This document shows positions 30,508-41,503 of a stretch of 64,000 nt of DNA, one piece after another. This DNA is from an uncultured delta proteobacterium (GTDB lineage Bacteria; Desulfobacterota; Binatia; Binatales; Binataceae), in NCBI GenBank assembly GCA_963842085.1, contig CAWJET010000001.1:288001-352000 (forward strand), read 5' to 3'. The notes under the pieces are model-generated. The model had not been told where the DNA came from. It saw nothing but the letters and a program-made list of their open reading frames with translations, and ran no database searches. Numbering within the stretch: position 1 is the first letter of the stretch; each line of letters starts with the position of its first letter. The position numbers and the translations under genes were made by a program.

Positions 30508-32202
30508 TCACGACGCCCTGGCGTGACCATAGCGCAGCAGCTTACCCGGTAATGAGCCGTCTGCCGCAACTTGATCCTTGTTCTCGCGCCGTATGACTGT
30601 CCCATTGACGATTACCGCGTCAATTCCTTCCGCGTCGGCTACCAGGCGATCCTGGTTGGCCGGCAGATCGTACACGCGGCGCAGCTTGCTCGCGCCAACT
30701 TTGTCCGGATCGAAGATCGTTATGTCGGCCGCAAGTCCCGGCATCAGCCGCCCCCGGTCCGTAATGCCAAACACCTCGGCCGGTCGTGCGCTCAGCATCC
30801 AGATTGCCCGCTCCATCGGGATTGCGCGTTTCTCGCGCACCCAGCGGCCGAGCATGTAGGTCGCGAAGCATGCGTCGCAGAGCTGGCTCGCATGGGCGCC
30901 CGCGTCGGACAACCCCAACACCGTATGGCGCCCCGCGAGCAGTTCCGCGACTTCGTCTTCGACGTTGTTGAGTATCGACATCCGAAAGCGCGCTTCGAGA
31001 TTCGACGCCAGCGCGAGATCGAGCGCGAGGTCGATCGGATCGAGGCCGCGCTCGCGCGCCACGTCGTTCAGGTTGCACTCCTCGAGCGACGGCTCGCTCG
31101 GCGAGAGCGAAATCACCGTGCGATCCCAGCGGTTGGCAAACGCACCGCGCGAGCCCTCGCCCGCCTTGGACTTGAACGCTCGCCGGAATTCCGGGTCCGC
31201 ATAGATTTTCTTCTTGCCTTCAAAGTCCGCCGCCGAGACCGGCGCGAACACGCTCATGCTTTCGAAAATAAACGGCGCCTTGAACTGGAACTCGAAGTTC
31301 AGCGGACGGCAGGTGACCTGCGGTATGATGCTCAGCCCTTCGTCGCACAGTTTCTGCGACGCCTCCAGCGGCCCGCGATGTCCGCCGGGTCCGTTCATGC
31401 CCGCCAGCAGCGCGGTGTACGTGATCGGGCGATGAATCTCGCGCGCGATTTCCGCAAACTCGCGCAAGAACAGCTCGCGCCCTATCGTCGCCTGCATGAT
31501 TCCGTGTCCCGCCTCGCCCATCGCCGACGCCAGTGCCCTAATCTCGTCGAAGTCCGACATTCGGCTCGGCACCGGCTTGCCGCTGTATCCCACGTGCGTC
31601 GGCGACTTTGACGTGGCGAAGCCAACCGCGCCGGCGTCGAGCGCGCGCCTGACCAGCGTCTTCATTGCCGCGACTTCGTCCGGCGTCGCGGCACGTTCCG
31701 TCGCCTCCTCGCCCATCACGTAGAGTCTTATCGGCGTATGTCCCACCAGCGCGCCAAGGTTGATCGCGGTGCCGCGCCGCTCGATCGTATCCATGTAATC
31801 CTCGAAGCTCTCGAACGGCCATTCGTAGCCGAGCCCCGTCTCGAGCGCCTTCAGACTCATGCCTTCGACGTTTTCGAGCGTCCGCATGATTAGCCCGCGA
31901 TGCTCGGGGCGCGTCGGCGCCACGCCGAATCCGCAGTTCCCCATCACGACGGTTGTCACGCCGTGCCACGGCGAGATCGTCATCATCCGATCCCACATCA
32001 CCTGCGCGTCGTAATGCGTGTGAATGTCCACGAAGCCCGGCGCGACGACCCGCCCCTTGGCCTCGATCGTTGCCGCTGCCTTGCCCTTCGCCTCGCCGAC
32101 CGCCGCGATCTTGCCGTCCTTGATCGCCACGTCGCCGACACGTCCGGGCTCACCGGTACCGTCGTAAATCGTGCCGCCTGTGATCTTCAGATCGTAGTCC
32201 AT
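30508..32202 (-). CDS. N-acyl-D-amino-acid deacylase family amidohydrolase
   Basis: PGFVDIHTHYD, GVTTVVMGNCG, SDAGAH, ADITIFDP. Confidence 0.9.
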   Translation of the reverse strand: MDYDLKITGGTIYDGTGEPGRVGDVAIKDGKIAAVGEAKGKAAATIEAKGRVVAPGFVDIHTHYDAQVMWDRMMTISPWHGVTTVVMGNCGFGVAPTRPEHRGLIMRTLENVEGMSLKALETGLGYEWPFESFEDYMDTIERRGTAINLGALVGHTPIRLYVMGEEATERAATPDEVAAMKTLVRRALDAGAVGFATSKSPTHVGYSGKPVPSRMSDFDEIRALASAMGEAGHGIMQATIGRELFLREFAEIAREIHRPITYTALLAGMNGPGGHRGPLEASQKLCDEGLSIIPQVTCRPLNFEFQFKAPFIFESMSVFAPVSAADFEGKKKIYADPEFRRAFKSKAGEGSRGAFANRWDRTVISLSPSEPSLEECNLNDVARERGLDPIDLALDLALASNLEARFRMSILNNVEDEVAELLAGRHTVLGLSDAGAHASQLCDACFATYMLGRWVREKRAIPMERAIWMLSARPAEVFGITDRGRLMPGLAADITIFDPDKVGASKLRRVYDLPANQDRLVADAEGIDAVIVNGTVIRRENKDQVAADGSLPGKLLRYGHARAS

Positions 32203-32376
32203 CGCGAGTTCCCTCGATGCTACCTATATCGCGCGCGCTCCGCCGCGGTCCAGACCGATCGGTATGGAAGACGCGGCATTGTAAACCCTACCATGCTTTA
32301 GTAAATAGAAATTTCAGCACAACGAAGATTCCCGGTCGGGAGTTCGCGCCGCCGCGAAACCAATCGAGGGCACACG

Positions 32377-33474
32377 ATGCAGAAGCCAATCATCTCCGCC
32401 GACTCTCACATAACCGAGCCGCCCAACACCTACATCGATCGAATCGATCACAAGTATAAGGATACTGCTCCGCACATGGTTCACGACGAGAAGCTCGGCG
32501 ATGTCTTTATCGTCAAGGACTTTCCGCGTCCCATAAACGTCGCGCTCGCCGCCGCCGCGGGCAAGGACGCAAGCGAGCTAAGAACTACAGGCGCGAAGTT
32601 CGACGAGATGCACCGGGGCGGATGGGACCCCAACGCGCGCATGGCCGACCAGGATCGCGACGGCGTCGCCGCCGAAGTCATCTATCCGACCGTCGGCATG
32701 ATCCTCTGCAACCATCGCGACTTCGACTACAAGAAGGCCTGCTTCGATGCCTATAACCTATGGATAGGCGAGTACTGCGCCGCCCATCCCGACAGGTTGA
32801 TAGGCACCGGGCAGACCGCGATGCGCTCGGTCGAGGAAGGAATCGCGGATCTGCGCAAGATGAAGGAACTCGGGCTCGAGGGCGTAATGATGCCCGGTAA
32901 CCCCGCGCTCGAGGACTACGACAGCAAGCTCTACGATCCCTTCTTCGAGGCGGCGATCGATCTCGAGATGCCGCTCAGCTTCCACATCCTGACCAGCAGC
33001 AGCGACAACTTCCAGACCCGCGGCCCCAAGCTCAACAGCTTCCTGTCGATCATCCGCGGATGCCAGGACATCATCGGCACTTTCGTTCTGGGCGGAGTCT
33101 TTGAGCGCCATCCGAAGTTGAAAGTAGTCTGCGTCGAGGCCGACGCCGGATGGGTGCCTCACTACATGTACCGGATGGATCATGCATACGATCGCCACCG
33201 CTACTGGCTGCCGGCCGGCACGCTAAGCAAGATGCCGAGTGAGTACTTCCGCGAGAACGTGTACACAACTTTCCAGGACGACTACGTGGCCTTCCAGGTC
33301 CGCAATCTTTGCAACATCCATCGCCTGATGTGGGCCAGCGATTTCCCGCATAGCGACTCGACCTGGCCGTGGTCGCAGGAAATTCTAAGCAAGCAGACGG
33401 TCGGGATGACGGCGGACGAGAAGAACCTCGTCCTGCACGACAACGTCGCCGAACTCTACCACCTCAGCATCTAG
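32377..33474 (+). CDS. Amidohydrolase_2 family protein
   Basis: ISADSHITEP, DQDRDGV, SFH, MWASDFPHSD. Confidence 0.9.
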   Translation: MQKPIISADSHITEPPNTYIDRIDHKYKDTAPHMVHDEKLGDVFIVKDFPRPINVALAAAAGKDASELRTTGAKFDEMHRGGWDPNARMADQDRDGVAAEVIYPTVGMILCNHRDFDYKKACFDAYNLWIGEYCAAHPDRLIGTGQTAMRSVEEGIADLRKMKELGLEGVMMPGNPALEDYDSKLYDPFFEAAIDLEMPLSFHILTSSSDNFQTRGPKLNSFLSIIRGCQDIIGTFVLGGVFERHPKLKVVCVEADAGWVPHYMYRMDHAYDRHRYWLPAGTLSKMPSEYFRENVYTTFQDDYVAFQVRNLCNIHRLMWASDFPHSDSTWPWSQEILSKQTVGMTADEKNLVLHDNVAELYHLSI

Positions 33475-33489
33475 CGGGCTCGCTCGAGG

Positions 33490-35448
33490 TCACTCCTCGT
33501 CGTCGCGGAGCTTCGCCAGCACCGACAGATCCTCGAGCGTCGTCGTATCGCCAAGCGTCTCGTCGCCCGACGCGATCTGCCGCAGCAGGCGCCGCATGAT
33601 CTTGCCGCTGCGCGTTTTCGGCAGCGCCTCGGTGAAGCGGATGTCGTCGGGGCGCGCCAGCGCGCCGATCTCCTTGACGACATGCGCCCGCAATTCGTCG
33701 CGCAGTTTGTCATCGCCCTTGCGCCCGCCCTCGAGCGTCACGAATGCGACCACGGCCTGCCCTTTCATCTCGTCGGGACGGCCGACGCACGCCGCCTCCG
33801 CCACTGTCACATGCGAGACCAGCGCGCTCTCGATCTCCATCGTGCCCAGCCGATGGCCCGATACGTTGATCACGTCGTCCACGCGCCCCATGATCCAGAG
33901 GTAGCCGTCCTGGTCGCGCCGCGCGCCGTCGCCGGTGAAGTAGGCGCCCTCGATTTGCGAGAAGTAATTGCTCTTGTAGCGTTCGGGGTCGCGGTAGATC
34001 GTCCGCAGCATACCGGGCCACGGCTTGCGTACGATCAGCAGCCCGCCCTGGTTGGCGCCGACGCTCTTGCCCTCGCGCGTCACCACGTCGGCCGCAATTC
34101 CGGGCAGCGGCAACGTCGCTGATCCCGGCTTGGTTGCGATCGCGCCGGGCATCGGGCTGATCATAATTCCGCCCGTTTCAGTCTGCCACCACGTATCGAC
34201 TATTGGGCATCGCTCGCCGCCGATAACTTTGCGGTACCACATCCACGCTTCGGGATTGATCGGTTCGCCGACCGAACCGAGCAATCTCAGGCTCGACAGG
34301 TCATGCTTTTTGACCCACGCGTCGCCCCACTTGATGAACGTGCGTATCGCCGTGGGCGCCGTGTAGAAGATGCTGACGCCGTACTTCGCGACTATTCGCC
34401 AGAAGCGATCGTTCTCGGGAAAGTTCGGCGCGCCTTCGTACATTACAACCGTCGCGCCCGCAGTCAGCGGCCCGTACACGGTGTAGCTGTGTCCCGTGAC
34501 CCATCCGATGTCGGCAGTGCACCAGTAGATGTCGTCGTCCTTCAGGTCGAACACCCAGCGCATCGTCATCAGCACGTGCGTCAGGTATCCGCCCGTCGTA
34601 TGCACGACGCCCTTGGGCTTGCCGGTCGTGCCGCTGGTGTAGAGGGTGTACAGCGGATGCTCGCTGTCGAGCGCGGTGGCCTCGCATTTCGGACTCTGCG
34701 CGGCAACCAGCTCGTCCCACCACACGTCGCGCCCCTTGCGCATCTCGACTTTGTTGCCGACCCGCTTGAGCACGAGCACTTTCCGTATCGACGGACACTT
34801 CTTCAGCGCCTCATCGACATTTTGCTTGAGCTCGACGACCTGCCCGCGCCGCCATCCGCCGTCCGCGGTGATGCAGACCTTCGCTTCCGCGTCGTTGATC
34901 CGATCGGCCAGCGCCTCCGACGAGAAGCCGCCGAACACCACCGAATGAATCGCGCCGATTCGCGCACATGCTAACATCGCGATCGCCGCCTCCGGCACCA
35001 GCGGCATATAGATCGCGACGCGGTCGCCGTCCTTCACGCCGAGGCTCTTGAGCGCGTTGGCGCACCTGCCCACTTCGTTGGCCAGCATCTGGTAGGTCAG
35101 CACGCGCGAGTCGCCCGGCTCGCCCTCAAAGATCAGCGCGGCCTTGTTGCGGCGCGGCCCCTTGAGATGCCGGTCGAGGCAGTTGTACGACGCGTTGATG
35201 GTGCCGCCGACGAACCACTTCGCAAACGGGAAATTCCACTCGAGCGTTTTGCCGAACGGCTTGAACCAATGCAGGTTGCGCGCACATTCGGCCCAGAACG
35301 CGTCGGGGTCTTCGTCAGCGCGCTTGCGCAGCGCGTTATACTCGTCGAGGCTCTTGACCCACGCCTGCCATCCGAACTCGGCGGGCGGCGGAAATTTGCG
35401 GGATTCGGTCAGGGTCGAATCGATATGAGTCGCTTCGCTCGAAGCCAT
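33490..35448 (-). CDS. acs: Acetyl-CoA synthetase
   Basis: [44 protein letters not shown]. Confidence 0.97.
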   Translation of the reverse strand: MASSEATHIDSTLTESRKFPPPAEFGWQAWVKSLDEYNALRKRADEDPDAFWAECARNLHWFKPFGKTLEWNFPFAKWFVGGTINASYNCLDRHLKGPRRNKAALIFEGEPGDSRVLTYQMLANEVGRCANALKSLGVKDGDRVAIYMPLVPEAAIAMLACARIGAIHSVVFGGFSSEALADRINDAEAKVCITADGGWRRGQVVELKQNVDEALKKCPSIRKVLVLKRVGNKVEMRKGRDVWWDELVAAQSPKCEATALDSEHPLYTLYTSGTTGKPKGVVHTTGGYLTHVLMTMRWVFDLKDDDIYWCTADIGWVTGHSYTVYGPLTAGATVVMYEGAPNFPENDRFWRIVAKYGVSIFYTAPTAIRTFIKWGDAWVKKHDLSSLRLLGSVGEPINPEAWMWYRKVIGGERCPIVDTWWQTETGGIMISPMPGAIATKPGSATLPLPGIAADVVTREGKSVGANQGGLLIVRKPWPGMLRTIYRDPERYKSNYFSQIEGAYFTGDGARRDQDGYLWIMGRVDDVINVSGHRLGTMEIESALVSHVTVAEAACVGRPDEMKGQAVVAFVTLEGGRKGDDKLRDELRAHVVKEIGALARPDDIRFTEALPKTRSGKIMRRLLRQIASGDETLGDTTTLEDLSVLAKLRDDEE

Positions 35449-35478
35449 CGCACTGCACCTGTCGATTAAGCTTGATTG

Positions 35479-36939
35479 CTACACGCGACCGCGAGCTTCG
35501 CGCGTTTTCAAGCTGAGGTACAGGGTCGCGGCGTCGCCGTTTTCGCGCCGGTTCGAATTGATCCCGCGCAAACGCTCGAGCAGTTCGTGTTCGACGCTGG
35601 CCGAATGCTCCGCCGCCAGCTCGACGGCACGCGCCGCCCACCTGAGTGCGACGCGCCCCTCCAGCCCGCCGAAATCGTCGAAGAACCACGCGCAACTCGT
35701 CAGCGCCGCCTGCCCCGCACGCACCATCTCGAGCATCCTGAGCAGCGTCTCGCGGTTACCCTCGTTTTCGTCGGCAACACCGAACCGCTTGAAGGTCTCG
35801 TCATGGACGGCGGGATTCGGATCGATCAGCAGACGGATTCCACCGCGCAAAATCGCGCCGGGGTCTTTCACCAGCGCCGGCGCGAAACGATCGTAGGTCG
35901 CCTCGGCGTGGTTCTTCACGAAATCCATCGCAGCGCGTAACGGCGCGCGCCACTCCTGCGACGTGCTCGCATCGCTGCGGCATCCGCAGTTCGAGCGCCA
36001 CCGCTCGACGCCATGCGGACAACTCCACGACGTGGCCGCCGGAATCTCGAACGCCCCCGCCGCCGGATGTGTCGCCAGGTAATCCGCGCAATTCGTGACG
36101 ATCACATCGTCGCGCTGTTCGAGCGCCATCAGCGCCCGCGCCAACTCGGAAGCCCCGTGTTTATTATGATGCCCAAATGTTTCGCCGTCGGTCGCAATCA
36201 TCAGCGCGGCGCCCGGCTCCAGCTTGAGCGCCGTGTCCGCCATCCACTCCGCCAGCCGCGCGCCGTCGGCCAAGCCGTCGCCGAAAGAGACCGCACTGGA
36301 CAATTCGCGATCGAATCGAAAGACCGCCAGGCTCAATTCGCCGCTGCGCCATTGAAACGGTCCGGCACCTCGCAATTCGGCGCCCGGCCCGCGGAACTTT
36401 CCCTGGTCTGACCCGAGAATCACGAACTGGATTCCGGCCGCCGCGACCGACGCAAGCGTGTCGTCATCGGCAGCGCACTCCGGCAGCCACATCCCGGCGG
36501 GTTTGCGCCCGAAGCGGAAAACGAAATCCTCGATCCCCCAGGCGATCTGCAGCTCGCGATCGCGCGGCGGCAGGAGTGGCAAAATCGAATGACTATACGA
36601 TTGCGCGATCGCGTTGCCATGTCCGCCGTGCGCCTCGGCATACAGCGCGTCGCCGCGAGTCATCGCGCGATACGCTGCCTTGCCATGCGTTTGCAGCCAT
36701 CCCGCCAGCGTCGGCCCGACATCGAAGCTGAGGGTCTCATAGTTGTTGCGAACATGAACGACCGGCCCCGACATCGTATGGGCGTGAGCGTTGGCCGTGT
36801 AGCATTCGCTCAAAATCCGCTCGTTCCAGTTCTGAAACGGCGCCGCGCCATGCTCAGGGCTGATCAAGCCAGTCCAGGGGCTCTCGCGCGGAGGCTGATA
36901 AAAGTGCCCGTGAATTATTATGTGCCGAGGTTCGCTCAT
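35479..36939 (-). CDS. Glycoside hydrolase family 57 / DUF3536 protein
   Basis: HGHFYQPPRE, GMWLPE, ATDGETFGHH, SWSCPHGVERW, TSCAWFFDD. Confidence 0.9.
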   Translation of the reverse strand: MSEPRHIIIHGHFYQPPRESPWTGLISPEHGAAPFQNWNERILSECYTANAHAHTMSGPVVHVRNNYETLSFDVGPTLAGWLQTHGKAAYRAMTRGDALYAEAHGGHGNAIAQSYSHSILPLLPPRDRELQIAWGIEDFVFRFGRKPAGMWLPECAADDDTLASVAAAGIQFVILGSDQGKFRGPGAELRGAGPFQWRSGELSLAVFRFDRELSSAVSFGDGLADGARLAEWMADTALKLEPGAALMIATDGETFGHHNKHGASELARALMALEQRDDVIVTNCADYLATHPAAGAFEIPAATSWSCPHGVERWRSNCGCRSDASTSQEWRAPLRAAMDFVKNHAEATYDRFAPALVKDPGAILRGGIRLLIDPNPAVHDETFKRFGVADENEGNRETLLRMLEMVRAGQAALTSCAWFFDDFGGLEGRVALRWAARAVELAAEHSASVEHELLERLRGINSNRRENGDAATLYLSLKTREARGRV

Positions 36940-37131
36940 TACGACAATGTTGCGCCTCCAAGCCGAGCAGCGAAAGCCCAACTGACCAACGAGCAGTAGA
37001 GCTAATTTGTCTTCTTTGCCGGATTCGGTCCAGCTAATCAAGCGGAAATGGAAGTTCGAGCGCTAACTATCCACAATAATTCAACAATTCCATCAACAAG
37101 GAACCACCCGCATAAAGCGAAGGCCCCAAAT

Positions 37132-37169
37132 CATTCTTGTTAATACTGGGTGCAGGGATGACCCCTGCC
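37132..37169. repeat. Dispersed palindromic repeat family A, copy 2
   Basis: TTAATACTGGGTGCAGGGATGACCCCTGCC; inverted match to 14332-14361; adjacent perfect hairpin TGTGAAACCC-acggc-GGGTTTCACA at 37178-37202. Confidence 0.75.
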
Positions 37170-37235
37170 CAAGGAAGTGTGAAACCCACGGCGGGTTTCA
37201 CATTCAATCAAGTGATCTACCCTTCCCTATACGCG

Positions 37236-37655
37236 CTATGCGCAGGCGGCGCGGAAGCTGCCGCGGATTGCGGGCTCGCCTTTTTGATTCAGCACGATCA
37301 GGTCGCCCTCGATCTGCTTCTCGCCGTCTTTCTCGAGCTTGTTGGTGACCTTGCCGGTGCACGTGACGACGTCGCCCGGCCATACGCGCGTGGCAAAGCG
37401 CACCTGGAAACGGCGGACGTTGCCGATTCCGACGTAATCGGTGACGGCCTTCGAGAGCAGGCCCGCGGTAAACATCCCCTGCGCGAACACGGTCGGGATT
37501 CCGGCCGCCTCGACAAAGGTCTGGTCGTAATGCAGCGGCACGAAGTCGCCCGACGCGCCCGCATAGCGGACGAAATCGGGGCGGGTGACGCCTTTGATCT
37601 CGATTTTAGGAATTTCGTCGCCGACTTTTACTGAATCGAATTTCAACTTTGCCAT
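37236..37655 (-). CDS. MaoC-like (R)-hydratase, catalytic subunit
   Basis: YAGASGDFVPLHYD, FAQGM, VWPGD. Confidence 0.9.
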   Translation of the reverse strand: MAKLKFDSVKVGDEIPKIEIKGVTRPDFVRYAGASGDFVPLHYDQTFVEAAGIPTVFAQGMFTAGLLSKAVTDYVGIGNVRRFQVRFATRVWPGDVVTCTGKVTNKLEKDGEKQIEGDLIVLNQKGEPAIRGSFRAACA

Positions 37656-37674
37656 CTTTTTTCACCGACTGGAG

Positions 37675-38133
37675 TCAGGCTTTGACTGCTTGTCCTGTTT
37701 CGATCAGGGTCGAGCGCGCGAGCGCGACTTTCTCGCCCTTCTGGTTGGTGTACTCGGTCTCCGTGATCAGCAGCGTCATCTTGCCGCCGCGTCCGCCTTC
37801 TTTTTCGAGCACGTCGGCGACCTTGGTGACGCCGGTAAGAGTGTCGCCGACGAAGATCGGCTTGAAGAACTCGAATTCCTGCTCGCCGTGCAGGATACGG
37901 CGCAAGTCGAAGCCGCCGAAGCCGGGACTGGAGGTCTCGTCGGTCCAGAACGCGCTGGTCTGCAGAAACGTGACCGGCACCGGCACTCCGCCGAGCTCCT
38001 TTTTTGCCAGTTCGGGGTCGAAGTAGAGCGGATTGGGGTCTTTGATAGCGCGGGCGAACTCGCGCACCTTGCTCCAATCGACGTGCATCGTGAATGGTTT
38101 GCCGGTTTTCCCGACCGCGCTCCTGTCAGCCAT
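37675..38133 (-). CDS. MaoC N-terminal/FAS1-like dehydratase partner subunit
   Basis: FARAIKDPNPLY, ILHGEQEFEF, GD. Confidence 0.88.
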   Translation of the reverse strand: MADRSAVGKTGKPFTMHVDWSKVREFARAIKDPNPLYFDPELAKKELGGVPVPVTFLQTSAFWTDETSSPGFGGFDLRRILHGEQEFEFFKPIFVGDTLTGVTKVADVLEKEGGRGGKMTLLITETEYTNQKGEKVALARSTLIETGQAVKA

Positions 38134-38197
38134 GATGAATCAACCTCTCTCGATGTGATCGAGGAATTATTTACTGTTGCTCGACGAGTTTGTCCAC

Positions 38198-38974
38198 TTA
38201 CCCGGCGACGCGCATGCCTTCGCCGCCATCTACTATTAGCAGCGCGCCGTTGACGTAGCTCGACGCGTCGGATGCGAGGAAGATGCACGGATAGGCGATT
38301 TCCTCGACGCGGCCGAAGCGCTGCAGCGCACGCGAGCGCGCGACCATCTCCTTGACCTTTGGATTCGGCCATACGCGCGGCGCCGCGCCTTCGGTGTCGA
38401 TCGGGCCGGGCGCTATACAGTTGACGCGGATGCCCGCGGGGCCCCATTCGCCGGCGTGCGAAACGGTCAGGTTGATCACGCCCGCCTTGGCCGCGCCGTA
38501 CGGAAGCATCGTCGGCGAGCCATGCACGCCCGCCGTTGACGAGATATTGACGATCGAGCCGGGACTCTTCTGCTCCATGAACTGGCGGGCCGCCGCCTTC
38601 GAGCAGAAGAACACGCCGTCGAGATTGATCCCGACCACCGCGCGCCATCCGTTGGGCGAGAGGTTCAACGACGGCGTCGTAATACTGGCGCCGTGATTGT
38701 TGATCAGCACGTCGAGACGGCCGAAATGCCTGACCGCCTCGGCCACCATCTTGTCGCATTGCTCAGCGTCGCGGACGTCAACCGGAGTCATCTCGCATTT
38801 GCCGCCGGCCTTGCGGATTTCGTCGCGCACGCGCTCGAGGTTCTCGACTTTACGGCTCGCGATCAGCACCGGGGCGCCTCGGAGCGCGAACTCCTTGGCG
38901 ATCGACTCGCCGATCCCGGTCCCGCCGCCGGTCACAATCGTAACCTTGCCTTCGACGCTGAATGGATTCTTCAA
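38198..38974 (-). CDS. SDR family oxidoreductase (dienoyl-CoA reductase-like)
   Basis: TGGGTGIG, YGAAKAG, NCIAPGPI. Confidence 0.9.
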   Translation of the reverse strand: MKNPFSVEGKVTIVTGGGTGIGESIAKEFALRGAPVLIASRKVENLERVRDEIRKAGGKCEMTPVDVRDAEQCDKMVAEAVRHFGRLDVLINNHGASITTPSLNLSPNGWRAVVGINLDGVFFCSKAAARQFMEQKSPGSIVNISSTAGVHGSPTMLPYGAAKAGVINLTVSHAGEWGPAGIRVNCIAPGPIDTEGAAPRVWPNPKVKEMVARSRALQRFGRVEEIAYPCIFLASDASSYVNGALLIVDGGEGMRVAG

Positions 38975-39115
38975 AATGGAAACTTTCCTCCAGAGGGGGC
39001 TCGCTGAGATTTATCGCACTGTTGCGGCGCGTTGGCGAGAGGCGGCGTGGGCGCCACGGATGCCGCAGAACCCTCGCCTGAACTTTACCGTGAAGTAACG
39101 GGCAAGGGATCAGAA

Positions 39116-39724
39116 TCAGAACGCCGGGCTGACGACGGGGGTCCGGCGGCGGCGTCCCTGGCTCAGATGCTTGGTGCGCGGCGTAATCTTGAGCCGCAGA
39201 TGAGGCGTCGCGGCGCGCGACTGGAGGTTGCGCCGCAGCTCGTGCTTCCACGCCAGCATCCGGCGCCGCAGCATGCCGGGGTCGATCCCCAGCGCGTCGC
39301 ACACGGTATCGAAGCTGAATGCGTGACGGCTCTTCGCGCCAGCCGTGATCCATCGCTCGGCATCGACAAACAGCAGGCGCTTGCGCGTATTTCGCGACAG
39401 GACACCCTGTTGATAGACGTTGAGCGCGTCCGCCAGCAGCGCGAGCATCAGGCGCTGCTCGCCGGTCAGGCGATGGCCGCCCGAGACGTCGAAGTACTGG
39501 CAGGGAAGAACCTGGTTCAGGCCGACGACGCGTTCGACCGCGGTATCGGAACTCAGTTGCAAGCCTTCAGACATTTGCCAAATCTGCCGGGGGGTCAGCA
39601 CCCTCGGAAGCGCATCGGCCTGGCTCCCGCCAGAGCTCCCATGGACCGCGATGAGATTTTCCCCGTCGGTCTTGTCAACCGCCCATGCGGGCGATTGGTT
39701 CCCTTTGCGGAGTTTCCTTGTCAT
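39116..39724 (-). CDS. Hypothetical protein with GEQRLMLALLADA / FSFDTVCDALGIDP motifs
   Basis: Clean ORF with helical HTH-like segment; function unknown; start uncertain. Confidence 0.7.
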   Translation of the reverse strand: MTRKLRKGNQSPAWAVDKTDGENLIAVHGSSGGSQADALPRVLTPRQIWQMSEGLQLSSDTAVERVVGLNQVLPCQYFDVSGGHRLTGEQRLMLALLADALNVYQQGVLSRNTRKRLLFVDAERWITAGAKSRHAFSFDTVCDALGIDPGMLRRRMLAWKHELRRNLQSRAATPHLRLKITPRTKHLSQGRRRRTPVVSPAF

Positions 39725-39836
39725 GCCGTCGGCCCGGCAGGCGGCGACGCGCCGGTCACCTATAGGTACGGACGAGGCAAGTACGCGGATTATTCCGGGG
39801 CCCGGATTTACGCAGGGTCTTCGGGCAGTTCGGGCT

Positions 39837-40853
39837 TCAGGTGGAGAGCTGATGGACCAGCTCGATGAGTGACGGGTCCAGCGGGCGGCGCCGATTCGCG
39901 ACCTCCGCTAGCGGGACGCAAACGATTGCGCCCCGCTCTTCGGCAATCAGCGAAGGACCGACGCCGTCGAGGATGGCTCTGACGGCGCCCGCGCCCATCC
40001 GGCTCGCGAGCAGCCGGTCCCTGGCCGTGGGCGCTCCGCCGCGCTGCACGTGGCCAAGCACGACCACGCGCGCCGGCATGCCGAGCCGGGCGGTCAGGGC
40101 CTCGGCGACCGGGATGACGCCTCCGGTGCGCGGACCCTCCGAGACCACGACGATGCTCGAGCGTTTGCCACGGCGATGGCTGTCCTCGACGCGATCGCAG
40201 ATGTCGTCGAGGCGGAACGGAATTTCCGGGACGATGACCGCCTCGGCGCCGCCGCCGAGAGCGACCGCGATCGCAATGAAGCCCGAGTCGCGGCCCATCA
40301 CCTCGACGCAGAAGACGCGTTCGTAGGCGAATGCGGTGTCGCGGATGCGGTCGATCGCTTCGAGCGCGGTGTTGACCGCGGTATCGAAGCCGATCGAGTT
40401 GTCGGTGCCCGGTATGTCGTTATCGATCGAGGCGGGGATAACGAAGACCGGAACGCCGGTCTCGGCCCCGAACAGCGTCGCGCCAACCATCGAGCCCTCG
40501 CCGCCGACGACGATCAACGCTTCGATCTGGTGACGTTTCAGGTTGCGGGCCGCCAGGCCGCGGGCCGCCGGCGTGCGGAACTCCGGCGAGCGCGAGGTCT
40601 CCAGGAAGGTGCCGCCGCGCTGGATCATGTTGGCGACGGAGCGGCCGCTAAGCGGCTCGGCCAGGTCGCGGATCAGGCCCTCGTAGCCGCGCCTGAAGCC
40701 GATCACTTCCACTCCGGCGACCGCCGCGGTGCGGACGACCGCGCGAATGGCGGCATTCATGCCGGGAGCGTCGCCGCCGGCGGTGAGAATTGCGATGCGG
40801 CGGGGTCGCGCGCTGATCAGCTCGGGAGTTGGATTATTGCCGTCGCCGTCCAT
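39837..40853 (-). CDS. pfkA: ATP-dependent 6-phosphofructokinase
   Basis: GGDAPGMNAAIR, GGTFL, SIDND, EVMGR, LGHVQRGG. Confidence 0.95.
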   Translation of the reverse strand: MDGDGNNPTPELISARPRRIAILTAGGDAPGMNAAIRAVVRTAAVAGVEVIGFRRGYEGLIRDLAEPLSGRSVANMIQRGGTFLETSRSPEFRTPAARGLAARNLKRHQIEALIVVGGEGSMVGATLFGAETGVPVFVIPASIDNDIPGTDNSIGFDTAVNTALEAIDRIRDTAFAYERVFCVEVMGRDSGFIAIAVALGGGAEAVIVPEIPFRLDDICDRVEDSHRRGKRSSIVVVSEGPRTGGVIPVAEALTARLGMPARVVVLGHVQRGGAPTARDRLLASRMGAGAVRAILDGVGPSLIAEERGAIVCVPLAEVANRRRPLDPSLIELVHQLST

Positions 40854-40960
40854 GGAGATGAGAACGATTTTTCACTGCGCATCGCCCCCATATTCAAATC
40901 TAACGAGCGGGACGACCAGAACCAACCCGACGCGAGAGTGCGCCGGGCGAGCGGTATTTG

Positions 40961-41503
40961 TCAGGGCATGCGGGTGGCTTGCAGGCGCAGGAGCGCGGCC
41001 TTGGCTTCTTCCTGGGCGTCGGTGACGGTAGGGCCGGGGCTGTCGGCCGCCTTCCTGTAATAGTTGATGGCTTGGACGTCGTTGCCGAGCGCCTCGTAGG
41101 CGCGCGCCACGTTGACCTCGGCCCGGTCATCGGTGGGGCAGGCCGCGAGCGCGTCCTGGTAGTATCCGAGCGCCTTGGAGAAGTCGCCGGCAGCGAAGCG
41201 GTCACCGCCGTGCTGGCTGGCGACCGACTCAATTCCCTTGTCGCATCCGCCTGGAGCGGAGGTTGCGACTCCCGGCCGGTAGGAGGTTTGATTCTGACCC
41301 GCCTTGAGGGCTTCGATCTCCTGCTGCTGCCGCTCGAGCTGGTCCTGCTGCTGCTGCACCAGCTGTTTGGTGGCCTCGATCTGATCGCTCGCGCATCCCG
41401 CACCGATGAGCGCGAGGGCGCCAAGTGCGAGCGCGAGCAGGATCCGTTTTGCCGGGATCGTCGCGGAAAGGGAAATTGGGCCGGAGCCGAAGTTGTGTCG
41501 CAT
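40961..41503 (-). CDS. TPR-containing lipoprotein
   Basis: Lipobox GAGC, Gln-rich coiled coil, two TPR motifs. Confidence 0.78.
   Translation of the reverse strand: MRHNFGSGPISLSATIPAKRILLALALGALALIGAGCASDQIEATKQLVQQQQDQLERQQQEIEALKAGQNQTSYRPGVATSAPGGCDKGIESVASQHGGDRFAAGDFSKALGYYQDALAACPTDDRAEVNVARAYEALGNDVQAINYYRKAADSPGPTVTDAQEEAKAALLRLQATRMP

Noticed and set aside
37067-37075. DnaA-box-like CTATCCACA in an AT-rich intergenic region
   Set aside because: Single imperfect box, no cluster and no dnaA/dnaN context; not an origin.
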